Shown: positions 13,101 through 25,794 of the stretch, in pieces
Layout of the letters: every line of letters begins with the position of its first letter
Numbering within the stretch: position 1 is the first letter of the stretch
Assembly: GCF_009834535.1 (NCBI RefSeq)
Contig: NC_045696.1
Span: 49,912,001-49,976,000, forward strand
Length of the DNA: 64,000 nucleotides
Source of the DNA: Camelus ferus
Lineage: Eukaryota
Direction of reading: 5' to 3'
Position numbers and translations under genes: made by a program
Notes under the pieces: model-generated
The model's input: the letters and a program-made list of their open reading frames with translations, nothing else
Databases searched by the model: none
Told to the model about the DNA's origin: nothing

Positions 13101-14715
13101 TTTGTAAAACAGAAATGATTTCTGAATCTCTGTCTATAAATGTACCCTAACCCTCCTACTTCCTAGCTCAACTGACCTGAGCAAATTATGTATATTTTTT
13201 CTAAGCCTCAATGTCTTCATTTTAAAATGAAAACATTAATCTTTAATTCATTAGGTTGATTTGAGGATTATATGAGGTAAGAACTACAAGTGCATAGCAG
13301 AGTCTGTGCACAATGCTTAGTACGGTAGCTACTATTCCTCCTGTCACCTAGGCTTGATACTCTGGAACACTTTTGATTTCTTCTTCTCCCCCATAACTAG
13401 ATAATGACCAAGTCTTACCAATCATCCTTTTGTAGTGTCTTGATAGTAACTTTTAACATTAACTACCTGCTTACTCCAAGGTACCGTATTTTGGCTGGGT
13501 ACTTTATATGTAGTGGTTCTGATCTTTACCATCACCCACAATGTAGGCTTGATATTTCTGTTGAGGAAACTGCATCAGAGATTTAAGTGACTTGCTCAAG
13601 ACACATGGCTAATAAGTAGCTAATAAGACTTTGATAGCCAGCTCCGTTTCCACCATCCAGGACTTTCTCCTCCCTCTCTTCCTTCCTCCCTTCCACTTCC
13701 CACTGCTTTCAATCAAAATCTCTCTCTCCCATTCTTGTGTCCAGTGGCTTCTCTGCCTTCAGTCTCTCCCAGTTCCATTTTATCTCATCCATCACCAGCA
13801 GATTTATCTCCACCCCCTTCCTGGGAGGCTTTTGACAACCTCCATTACTCCCGAAGACATCTGGCATTGAAGGCCTCCCTCTCCAGCCTCATTTCTTATA
13901 TTCCAGCCAAAGAGCTGTTTTTGTGTACTTCCAATGTGCTTTGTGTATGTATCATGATTTTTGTTTAAAGCCATTTTCTCTACGTGTAAATACTGCGCAG
14001 ATTAAGTCATTAGTGACGTAAACTTCTGCTGAGTAAGCCTGTTTTTGTTGTTGATAGTGTTTTGACAAACACAACCATTGAGCCAGGTCTTGTACAGATG
14101 CATTATATGGATTCATTATACTTGTACTAACAAGTTAAGTGTATGTCATTAAAGCTATTGTTGGAGACCTCTTTTCGAACTTGGCATTTCTTAGTGCCCT
14201 TGAGTTTAGCAGTTTTGTGACTCCTGTATTCATCCTCTGGCATCTTTATTCCTTTTTGAGGCAATGATATCTACTCTGGAAATGTGCCTGGTGCATGTAG
14301 ATCTCAAAGATACCGACTGCAGCATTATTTATAACACTGGAAATCTAAACACACTAAATGACTTCAGAACATTAGTGCAGCCTTTAAAACAATCTTTGCA
14401 AGGAATTTCAAACATCTGGGGAGTGGCTTTTTGACGTGCTAACAACAGCAACAACAAAGGATCAAGGCAGATAAGCAGTGACCACAGTAAGCAACAAAAA
14501 GCAGTATGCAAATTACCTTCTCATTAAGACCTCAGATATATAATATGAAATATGGGCAAAAAGCCTTTTGGTTAAAGAATTATTTTTTGTAATGTTTTTC
14601 TTGCTTTGCTACAATTTCCTATACTCTGCATGTTTCCTGCTTTGAGAGCATAACTTTTATTGTCAGACAAATAATTTAATGACTTACAACAAATAAGGAA
14701 GCAGGGATAATTCCC

Positions 14716-15233
14716 TGTGTTGGGGTCCCCAGGATCACCCCCAGATTTAGTGATTTGTTGGAAGGACTCAGCATACAGTCACAGAGATGACTATGATTCA
14801 TTACAGCAGAAGGATGTAAAGCAAAATGTGGAGGAAACCAGGTGCAAGCTTCCAAGAGTCCTCACTCGGTGCAGGCACAGTGCACTTAATTCTTCTAGCA
14901 ATGAATTGTGACAACACGTGTGAAGTACTGTCCACCAGGGAAGCTCCATAGAGACTCAGTGCCCAGGGTTTTTATTGGAGCTTGTCACATAGGCCGCCTC
15001 TGTCTGGCACCTTCTGAGACTCCAGACTCCCAGAAGGAAAGGAGAGGTTCAGCATGAGCCATGCTGTCCTTGCAAACATTTGAGACCCAGCCAGCCACTC
15101 TAACCAGCAAATGTGGGACACCTCCCTATCCCCCAACTGAAATCCAAGTTCCAGACTCCTGCCAGGGGTCAACCTTAATGGCCTCTCTGAGGCTGGCAGC
15201 CTCCAGCCTGTTCTGTTAACTCTTTCCTGCACA
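14716..15233 (-). mobile_element. Solo ERVL-type LTR (MER77/MER21-like) in C3orf52 intron 2
   Basis: TG...CA termini (tgtgttggggtcccc...ttcctgcaca) and a perfect 5-bp TSD TTCCC at 14711-14715 and 15234-15238. AATAAA on the minus strand near 14970. Confidence 0.85.
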
Positions 15234-16270
15234 TTCCCTTGCTCCTGGTGCCTCACACTTCCAGATGTCCTCAGGGAGTGAGGCCCAGGCTCTTACTTCC
15301 ATCATAAACCCGGAATTGGTTCTACCATGTCCTTTTCAAAGTCCAGTAAAAGAGGCTGATTATGTTATGTTTGAGGCGTGGGATCAGAGAGAAAATTACA
15401 CAGGACAGGAACCCCTGGTTCCTCCCACCCACGCCTTTCTCAGGGCACGAGAGGTGGTCCCCCCCGTGGCCCTGGCAGGGAGGCGGGCAGGGAGCCAGGA
15501 GAGCATGATTAGTTCCAGTGCGCCAGCGTCCAGTTCCTGGCTCCCGACTCTGTGTGTTTTTCCTTTGGTTCTAACTGCTGAAAAATCAATCAGCTCACAG
15601 CCCTTAGAACACCAGCAGTCACCCAGAACTCATTGTCCCAGGAAGGTAAGTCCCATGGGCCCTGAGGCTCTGGGTGTAGTTTGGGTTCCTTCTGCAAACA
15701 GAGTGTGTCCACATTCCCTCCCGGGGGACAGACTGTGGGTGATGACCTCACGCTCACTCGCTCAGATTCTAATCCCTGCGCAGTTCTGCTCGCTGATGTC
15801 ACTCCTCAGCGCGTGCGCAGACGGAAGGCGATTCAACAAAGTTCCCTGCTCTGCTCCCGTCCCGTCACACCCATTGTTTGTTCATCCCTCCAGATTGCCT
15901 CCAGCACCTGCCTTGACACCTGTGCAGGTAGCTAAGCTACAGGGTCAGCTTAACAAAGACGTTCATCCCGCCTCCTCCTCCCGCCCTCCTCCCAGCCCTG
16001 TTCAGTGGAGTCGACACCCCTGTGGCATAAAACGAAGAAGCAAAATTCTTATCATGATGGAGGCAAGCCCCTGTCTTTATTCAGTCTCACTGAGAAGAGA
16101 AAGCATTTCAGCTGATACTTGCTTCCTGTGTCCAGGCTTTATGCTTGTTGAATGCTCATTGTTTTTGTTGGTTTGTTTTTTAAGTATAGTGACTGTCAAT
16201 GGAGTAAAAAAGTTTATTATTTTATGCATGTGTTTACTTTTACTTTTTATTTCCACCTCCCGCCCTTTAG

Positions 16271-16398
16271 TGACTTATGTCGATGAAGATGAAAATGATA
16301 CATTTGAATTATCGTCAAGTAAAACATTCTTACTGGTGCTAAAGCTTCCAGAAGAATGTGTCACTGAAGAGGAATTGCCTGACTTGCTCACGGAAAGG
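16271..16398 (+). CDS. C3orf52: C3orf52 exon 3
   Basis: ctttAG acceptor. (V)TYVDEDENDTFELSSSKTFLLVLKLPEECVTEEELPDLLTER. Donor AGG|gtgaga, 128 nt, phase 1-0. Confidence 0.93.
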
Positions 16399-18629
16399 GT
16401 GAGATACCTCATGCATTGTTCACTGAGTTCTTAGCATTGGAGTATGTGTGAATTCTTCCGGAACAGCTGGCTTAGTGCTATGCAGCAAGTAAGTAGCTTC
16501 AAGGTTGGATTCTTGGTCTGGATATTGGCAGAAACTGATGCTTAGGAATGGATTTTCTGTAGTGCGGACCCAGAGGGAGGAGCCCTGTCCTCCAGCTAAA
16601 TGCTTCCCAGAGGACAGCGTTCTGTATCCTTACTCTGCTTTTACCTTTGAATCAACCTGAAGTTTCACTGAGGGTCTGTGATGTGCTAGACAATATGCCC
16701 AATGCCAGGGCCAGAGTTTGTGCCCTCAGTGGGGACTCACAGTCCAGGTAGAGGAAGCAATTAAATAGAGAGGTATAAACAGTGTGATATGTTCTATCAC
16801 TGAGATGTGTACAGTGTGTTTTACAGCCACAGAGGAGGGGCATCTAAACTACCTGAGGTGGGGATGCAGGCTTGGAGGGCCTCCTGGAAGAGGTGATACT
16901 CGGGATAAGTCTCAAAATGTGAGACAGGGGTGTTCCAGATTAGAGGGCAGGAAACACTAGGGGATCTGCCTGGCAGTGGACTCTGGCCTCCGCATACTGT
17001 GTAGCAGACTTGCAGAGGTGAGGCTGAACAGGAAGGGAAGGGTCAGATCATGAAGGTTTCCATGTCCTTTGGAAAGGCACGGAAAGATTTTAATCTGCAG
17101 GTCGACATGGTCAGCTTCTCCTTTTAGTCTCTCTGTGTGATGATGGAAAACCCCTGGAGGTGGAACACTTGGTTAGAAGGTACTGCAGTAATCCAGGTGA
17201 TAAAGGAGGGAGCCTTCAACTAGGGCAATGGTGGGGGAATAATTGAGGTTCAAGTGAGATTTCAGAGGTCTTCTCACTCAGCAGGACGTCGTGGCTGGTT
17301 GGACATGGTGCTGAGGGAGAGTATGGCTCTGGGCTCCTGGTCGGGTGGCCACGTGGGTGGGTGGTGACGTTGTCATGGACTGGGAGATGCAGGACCCTGA
17401 GCTCCGTGCAACATGCCGGCTCTGCAGCCAGACCACGAGGCTTGGTCAGGGTGGTCCTGGTTACCCTGTCAAAGACAGGGGGGTTCACAGCCAGACCCAG
17501 AAAAACGTTTTGGTGAGAAAATCTGTATGATCAGCCTGCCATCCATTCCCCTCTTCCCTGCAGTTGATAGGCCGAGTGGAGTGAGTCCTCTTTATTTGGC
17601 TCCCGTTGGGCTCCTACAAAAGCTGAAGGAGGTGATTCCATTGAGGTCACCCCAGAGTCAGTTTCTGGGTGTCGTATACCTGCCATGTGATCACAGGAGT
17701 TTGTACCTGGGAGGATTATTCCGGGTTTCTCTTCCTCCTTCCTCCCCTTGGTTACTATCTTATCTGCAGTGCCTTTCCTTCCACCTGCTTCCAGAGCAAG
17801 TCGCTGACTGAATACTTCTTGCTACTTTCCTCTTGGTTGCTTTTTTAACAGAGGGGTTTTGCATTGGCTGAGCAGAAACCAAATGAGTCAGCACCCCTGT
17901 GTGTCACCTGTTACAGACGGGACTTAGCTCTGTCAAAGGGAAATCTACGTCAAAGGGAAACCGTATTAATCACTCACCTTCGAGCCATATCTCTTGCACA
18001 GAAGTGGACATGAGCAGATTCTACAGGTGTTTTTAGCTCGTCACTGTGCAGTGGCCGAAGAACAGGGCCTGTCAGGGGTCCCTGGGGCGAGTTCACAGGC
18101 CTCTCTGAGCTGGTTCCTGCTCCGATAAATGGAAATCACCGTACTTTCCCTGTATACCCACAGGTGCCTGTGAGGTGCATTTTTAAAAGAATGATCTGAT
18201 TTATAGATGACAAACATAAGGCGCAGTGAGGTGAAAAGGCTCCTGCCCCTGGCTTCCCAACCAAATGTGTTCAGAACAAAAATAAGGAACTCAGAGATAG
18301 TACTACCTTCTTGTCACGTCAAGAACCTCCTTCCTCCAGCTAGGCCAGTTTCCAGAAGTTTCTGGCTGTGGAAGGAAAATGGGAGTGGATATTGAAACCC
18401 TGTGCCCCCTCTTATGTTTTATTGTCTTGCTTTTCTAAACACAGTTTTCCTGGCCCCTCTCATATCTCACTGCCAGTTTCCTTCTTTTGTGGTTGAGGCC
18501 ATTACCCTGGTTAAGCTAGTCCATCAGCTGTGTGGGTCCCACCTCAGCACACATGCTGGATGCAGGAGTTAACAGTGACCCCTGTGATAATGCAGGAAGG
18601 TATCCCTCTTACTCTGGAAGCTGGTTTCT

Positions 18630-19192
18630 TCCCTTCCTTCCTTCCTTTTTTTTTTTTCTTAACATTATCTCTTTTTAAAAAATGGAGATGTAGTTGATGT
18701 ATAATATTTTATAAGCTTCAGGTGTACAACATAGTGATTCACAATTCTTAAAGGTCACACTCCATTTATAGTTATTGTGAAATATTGGCTGTATTCCCTG
18801 TGCTGTATACTATATCCTTGTAACTTATTTATTTTATATGTAGAAGTTTGTACCTCTCAATTCCTACCCCCATTTTGCCCCTCCCCCTGCCTTCTCCCAA
18901 CCGGCAACCACTAGTTTGTTCTCTATATCTGTGAGTCTGTTTCTTTTTTTGTTACAGTCACTAGTTTTATTTTTTAGGTTCCACATATAAGTGATATCAC
19001 ACAGTATTTGTCTGACTTATTTCACTAAGCATAATATCCTCCAAGTCCATCCATGTTGTTGCTAGTGGCAAAATTTCATTCTTTTTTATGGTTGAGTAGA
19101 ATGCCTTTGTGTATGTATACGACAGCTTCTTTATCCATTTATCTGTTGATAGACTCTTAGTTTGCTTCCATATCCTGGCGATTATAAGTAAT
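18630..19192 (-). mobile_element. 5'-truncated L1 (3' UTR, L1MA9-like)
   Basis: Poly-T head and L1 3' UTR motifs. 15-bp TSD tggaagctg(g/a)tttct at 18615-18629 and 19193-19207. Confidence 0.88.
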
Positions 19193-19822
19193 TGGAAGCT
19201 GATTTCTGTGAGCCACTGTGCCCGACACTGGGGTTCAGCTCACTGGCTCTGAGCTCAGTCTGCACCCAGCCTCGTGGGCACAGCAGGGAGACACCAGAGC
19301 AAGGGGTGAGGAGTGCCTTGTTTCGCTTCTTTGGCCTCAAAATGGGTAGTGTGATTAATAGCTCCCAAATATGTAAATATGTCCCAGTGATAGCTGGGAA
19401 CCGTGCCACCAAAAAGAGTCTTAGAGCAGACACTGAAAATGATCTGGTATACCGCTCCATCTCCGAACATAAAATTTTACCTTAAGGCTTTTTCTGAGCG
19501 CCTCTTTTGTGCAAAACACAGTGCTCAGGGCCCTACGGATTCATCAAGGAAGGATGAGAGGGAGGGAACAGAGAAGGAAGGACAAGCACAATTCCTGACA
19601 GAAGAAGCTCAGTCTGAAAGGAAGGGAGCGACATTATTGTTATCATTTTTAGTGCTTGAAAAAACTCCCCTCTAGAGCACCCCCACCCCCTTCCCTGCGT
19701 TCTGAGTGGCCAGGTGAGAGCCGCTTTCCGACTTCCAGGGTTTCTGAAATGGCTGTTGGCCTGTTGGCAACTTTCTTTTTTCTGGGGCTCAGAAACTATA
19801 AGATGACTGCCTCATAGTTCTT

Positions 19823-20300
19823 TCTCTCTTTTTTTTTCTTTCTTTTTTTGAATATATGCATTTTTATTGAAGTATAGTCAGTTTACAATGTTGTGTTAAT
19901 TTCTGGTGTACAGCACAATGCTTCAGTCATACATGAACATACATATATTCATTTTCGTATTCTTTTTCACCGTAAGTTACTATAAGATATTGAATACAGT
20001 TCTCTGTTCTACATAGTATGAACTTGTTGTTTATTTTATATATGTTAGTATCTGCAAATCTTGAACTCCCAATTTATCCCTTCCCACCCTCTTCCCCACA
20101 CCGTGTAACCATAAGTTTGTTCTCTATGTCTGTGAGTCTGTTTCTATTTTGTAAATAAATTCGTTTGTCTTTTTATTTTTAGATTCCACACATAAGTGAT
20201 ATCATATGGTATTTTTTTCTCATTCTGGCTTACTTCTCTTGGAGTGACAATTTCCAGGTCCATCCATGTTGCTACAAATGGCATTATTTTATTCTTTCTT
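19823..20300 (-). mobile_element. 5'-truncated lineage-specific L1 3' end
   Basis: tttttattgaagtatagtcagtttacaatg... L1 tail. 15-bp TSD tgcc(t/c)ca(t/a)agttctt at 19808-19822 and 20301-20315. Confidence 0.88.
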
Positions 20301-21079
20301 TGCCCCAAAGTTCTTAACAAGTTATGCTTCTTTCCTTCTTAATATTCAGAAGGAGACACTTTCCTCCTTGCTTCGTGGCCCCTGGGTAGTGTGGTAAAAT
20401 GTGAGGAAGCCAGGATTAGTGTCTGTAACAGGTAGGATTGAAGTCCTTACTAGCAGAGTGACCTGGGGCTAGAATTTTTTGTTTTTTTAATCAGTGAAAA
20501 GGGGAGAGACAGCAGTGCCTCTTCTGGCAGGTTCTTATGCAGATCACAGCCATAATGACAGGACTTGGAGCTCTAATCCTCTCTGCTCTGCCTTGGAGAG
20601 GCTGAATTGTCACCAGTGAGTTAAGCGGGAAGTGTTCCGTGGACTCAGCCTCCTTGAGATTCTTTTGGGACTCGGATGGGAGACAGATGGGCTCGTTCCC
20701 CTGGGGGACCTGCTGTCGGGGTAGTTCTGCCGCCTGCTGCTGGGTGAAGCAGTGGGGCCCTGAGCTGGGATGGGTGCAGCTGTGTGCACCGGGCTCAGCG
20801 CTGGGAACTGCGGGTGTCTGTGAGATTTCAGAATGTCAGAGCTGAGGGTTCAGGCCAGCAGGAGTGGGTCTGGCTGGTTTCTCAGGCCTGGCTGTGGGCT
20901 TGCTCCAGCCTCGGCGCTGGGTCCATGCTGGGGGCTATAACCAGATCCCAGCACAGTGCTCCTGTCTGCTAAGAACAAGGCATTTAACCTTCAAAGCAAA
21001 TTTTAAAAATGCAATGTAATTACGTTCAGCCACATGTTCTCAGGTACCAAAGGTTAGAGTTCATTCACATCTTTGACAT

Positions 21080-22050
21080 ATGACGAAAAGACTAATCAAA
21101 AACTGGGAGAAGGTATTTGTAACATAAAACCAACAGCTGGTATCTGGAATGTAACACCAATCCGTTCCAGCAAGAAAAAGACAACCTGAGACAAAGACAC
21201 GACTCTAATAGGCAATTCAAAGGTGAGAAATCCCAGGGAGTTAATAAACACATGTAAAGATTCTCAACCTCACAAGCAAGACATTGCAAATTAAAACAGT
21301 AAAAAACACAATGTTATATATCCCTTGGCAAAAATGAAAAGATCTGGTAATATTAAGTGCTGGCAAGTCTGTGGAAAGTGGAGTATTTATACTTTGCTGG
21401 GAGGGGAGTAAAGTGGACACTGATTCAGAAAGACTTAGTTAAGGTGGAGATGCTCTAACTCTTGGACCCAAGTCCAACTCTCGGTATACGCCCCAGGGAA
21501 ACCCCTCCAGGTACAAGAAGATGTGTTCAAGGATGATGAGCTCAGCATAGTTTGTAACGGGAGGAAATCGCAAACAAAGCGCATGGCCACCAGTGGGGGG
21601 AGGGATGGGCGGTGCAGTCATTTCACGGAATCTCTGCAGAGCCAGGAGTTAGACTGAATGACCTCTATCTGGACGGACCATTATGGGTAAATCTTAAATG
21701 TGATTCTGAGTGAAAAACAGCAAGTCGGAGAAGATTGTGTAAAATAGGGTACCTTTTTTTGAATATAAACGGAAATTACATTTATGTTTGGTTATGATTA
21801 CACAGGGAAGCATTACATTTGTAAAGACATGCATGAGAAGGATACATACCAACTTCAGGACAATGGTTAGCAGTGGGGAGCGAGGGAGGAAAAGTGGGAT
21901 AGTCTGTAAGGGTAGATTTAGCTTGGTTTTGTTTCTTCAGGTAAAGGGCTCAGCTAAGTATGGTAAAGTGTGAAGGCTTGACACCTGGGTGGTGGGCACA
22001 TAGGTGTCATTATTCTTTATGGTTACCACATTTCATGCATAAAATAAGAA
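21080..22050 (+). mobile_element. Old L1 (L1ME-like) ORF2 end and 3' UTR fragment
   Basis: Degenerate motifs: gggagaaggtatttg, aaagattctcaacctcac, gcaaattaaaac, ctgagtgaaaaacagcaagtc. Confidence 0.65.
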
Positions 22051-22557
22051 CTCCGTATCTTGGCAATTATACCATTGCATTCCATTATAACATTGGTTCC
22101 ATTATGCAGGGGAAAGTGGCTTAGTGTGACTGCTTCTCCTTGGAGTGAAGCTCTGGAGAAAGGAGAGAAGAGGCCCTTGTTCCGTGATATGGAGGCCTGA
22201 GCGGCCTGTTCTGCAGTCTTCCCAGCCCCCTAAAGGGTTCCCTCCTTCCTGTGGTGCTTGGGGTCTGTGTGGGACCATTAAGACCACAAGGTGTCAGCAC
22301 AACATACAAGAGATGTTGAAAATGCCAGCCTGGTCACTTGGTCCTTTCAAATGAAGTTCTTTTGAAAGAATGTTAACTTGAATTTGGGTTGGTGGGAGGC
22401 CTGCTCCTTCCTGTTTCTTCATCCAGAGCCTCCAGATAAGTTAATTCCTGGCCAGAGTGGACCCTCCTTTGTCTAGGAGTAGTTTTGCTTTGCCAGGTGA
22501 TGCGGGATGGTCTGGCGGTAATGTGTGTGGTGCTTTATTTGTTCCTGTTTGTTTTAG

Positions 22558-22628
22558 ATCACAGATGTGTACAGTTCATCACCAGCTCTGAGCCGTTATT
22601 TTACTTCTGCTGAACTGATGGACTTCAG
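22558..22628 (+). CDS. C3orf52: C3orf52 exon 4
   Basis: gttttAG acceptor. ITDVYSSSPALSRYFTSAELMDF(S). Donor AG|gtaag, 71 nt, phase 0-2. Confidence 0.93.
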
Positions 22629-25612
22629 GTAAGAATGTGGAGCATCACGTGTTGGTCTCTCTCTGGAAAGTGACACCCATCACCAGTTACCAAAAATGAC
22701 TTCCCAAGTCTCAAAGCACAAAGGGGACCAGTGCTAGATAGAACCATGGTGTCACTGCCGGGAGGGTCTTTGGAGGCCAACTAGTTCAATGCCCGTGCTC
22801 TATAAAGGAGGAAAAGGAAGCCCAGACTAACTGATTAATTTTACAACCCGACAAGTGCACAGGGAGGAGAGGAAACGCCCAGATAAGTCATGGCTGTTCC
22901 CCAGCAAATGGCTTGAATAAGCTGAGAGTAGAACTAGAAACACATCTCAGATAGCGATGTGATATGATATACTCCGTGTACTGGCTTTTGCTTTTGAGGA
23001 ACACAAGTCATACATAAATCCATGCTCCTTGTATAATATTAAAGATAAAGACACATGCTACAGGGTAAGTCCACCTCCTGTCTCCCCCGCCCCACGTCCC
23101 CTGGACACTTCACGTGCCAGTCAATTCCATACACTGAGTGAATTCTACCCCTCTCTACAAAATGAACAGCCATCTGCCGTCTGTGTGATTTCTTCTATAC
23201 ATGTATTTACCGTATATACGTTATGTACCATACATGTGTAGCAGATACACACACATACATAGTTTTCCTTTTTTAGTTTCTCCTAATCTTTAATGTTTTT
23301 ATATATGTCTACAGACACCTAGATTAAAGCGTGTATGCATGTAGAGGAATCATTTTATTATTCTTTTGTATAGTTAGAGCAAGATTTACATGGCAAAGCT
23401 TTATTAGCCCCTATTCCTAAGGTATCCCTGGAATGTGACCATCAAAGGCAATTTTATGCTGAGTTCCCCCTCTCAAACCATAAATTTCGAACCTGGGAGG
23501 GAAAGCATGTAAAGCTGTGGTGCACAGTGGGCAGAACCAAAGGGACTGGAGTCTGAAAACGCATCCAGTGACAGGTTGCCTTGGCAACAACACTAGTCCT
23601 CCTTCTTTATAAAACCCCAGTGTGCATATCACCTATGGTGACACCTTTGACCTTGCTTATTTTAATCATAAATTATTAGCATTAAAATGCTAATAGAAAA
23701 GGGAGGAATACATAATCAGACCCAACTTTCCTCTGTGCACCTGCCCTAACCTACAATTCAAAGACAGAGTCGGGAGAGGAAAGGTGCTCAGAGCCTGAAG
23801 GGTCTTTCCAAGAATCCAGCCTACACTGTGGGTCTAGAGGAGGTGGGATTCAATGATGGGTTGGGGTAAAACCCATCAGAAAACTGAGTAAAATGTGTTA
23901 GAAATCTAAAGATTAAGTGTTAGAGAATATATTTTTTAAAGTTATTTGAAAGAAAAACCCAAGAGTTTTATGATTTTTGGATAAAGAAATGTCTGAGAAA
24001 CATTTTTGTTGCATTTTTTAAAGTCCAGGTAGATTTTCAACAATGTTGAATTGAGAAACAACAGCCATTGTCTCCAAAAGGCTGCTGCTGCACGTGGGCA
24101 GGAGGCGGCTGCATCCCTAGCAGACGGACTTGTGTCCGTGGGGATTCTGACCTCGGTCCTGGACCCGCCTGCAGGAACCTGGGAAGATGCCCTTTGGTTC
24201 GTCAGCTGCTGGGCCCAGTTTAGTGGTGGGCAGCTGAAGCAAAGCCCACAGCGTTCTCTGCTTCCCTCACAATTGAGCCTTATGTCAATTCACCCAGCGA
24301 CCTGACTTGGAGGGACTGCGTGGGTCTGGTCAGGCCAAGTTAGGCAGTGTGACCCTCTTATTCAGCTTCTGGCCAGGTCTTCTGAAAGCCAGCCTCCGGC
24401 CCTTTACCATCAGCCGACCCCAGTCCTTGCCTGTGGGAGTGCAGGGTGGCTGCGTGTCAGGATGTTGACCATTGTTTCCCATAATTAGAAGGTGGAGGAC
24501 AGGGCACCCCCAAACCAGAGTCGCTGGCTTAGAGTTTGAAAGCACATCTTTCACCTTTCAGCAGTGCGTCATTGAACCTGTGTGTTTCTCAAGTCCTGAC
24601 TGTAATTCGTTTGAACCCCAAGGTTTGGCACATTTGGCTTTAGTAGGGTTTGTAAACTCAGCTGTCAGCCGCATCCAAGAGTACTGGCTTATGTGACCTC
24701 TGGCCACAAGAAGGAGCTCTTTGCCTCTCGTTGGCAGGGACAGCGTTCTGATTCGTTACTGGGACTGGCTCCTCTGCAAAACTTGCCACTGGGTGAGAGT
24801 CTTAGATGTGGCCACGCTTAATTATTTGACTGCTGGCTCTTAATCGGGGCCTTCTTGAGCCAAAGGCTAACTGTAAGAAACCTCACGTTGTGGTAGCATT
24901 TAACAAGCTGTATAAGCTATTAATTAACTAAGGATAGCCTTATGATTATCTTTATTTTGGAAACAGGAAAAATATGTTCTAGGAAGATGAAAACTCCCTT
25001 TCCTCAGGTCCCCTTACTGAGAGTTGCGAAACTTTGTGAAGTGGAAATAGGACAGAAAAAGTCTCACTTTGGGGACAAATCAGGGAGGCTTGATTTGCTG
25101 CTGGTACCCAGGGCCATCTGTGGGAGTTCAGGAGTCTGTACCTGGCCGATGGCAGGGAGCTTTGGGCCCTACCTTGAGCATTTTATAGGTTAAGCAATGA
25201 AGTGGTTAAACCGAGGAGTTCTGACACGCCCTTTGGGGGCAGGGAGAGGCTGGGATGTGAGACACGGAGAGGATTTGTAACAGGAGAAACGGCTTCCCTG
25301 GGCTGCCTCAGCGGAAAGCCTGGTGTTGGGCAGCCCTGTGCCCACCCTTGACAGCAGCTGAGTCAGCCTCTCCCAACCAGCGCTCGCTCAGTGGACTCCT
25401 AGGGGATGGGTTCTGGTGGAAGGAGGAGGCGAGGACCACCCAACTTTGTGTGATGGACCTGTGGACCAGGGGTCTTAGAGAGCACAGGCCTTGCTCTTCT
25501 GTACTGGAAGAGCATGCAGAACGAAGAAAATAGTATTGCTAAAACCAGCTTCCTGAGTTGCAGTGTGATTCAACTGCTATGTTTAATGGTCGCTGTTTGG
25601 TTTGCCTTTCAG

Positions 25613-25794
25613 TGGTGAAAACGCCACAATAACCTATCAACTGCAGTTTGGGGTTCCGTCGGAAGAGGACAGTTTTATGAAGTATATGATGAGTGAGGAG
25701 TTGGTGCTGGGCGTTTTACGCCAGGATGTCCATGATCAGAGTGTATCTGGCTGTGAGTCGCTGGGGCTTGCTCCAGGGTCCCTCTTGCTCCACG
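25613..25794 (+). CDS. C3orf52: C3orf52 exon 5
   Basis: ctttcAG acceptor. GENATITYQLQFGVPSEEDSFMKYMMSEELVLGVLRQDVHDQSVSGCESLGLAPGSLLLH. Donor G|gtaagt, 182 nt, phase 2-1. Confidence 0.93.
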
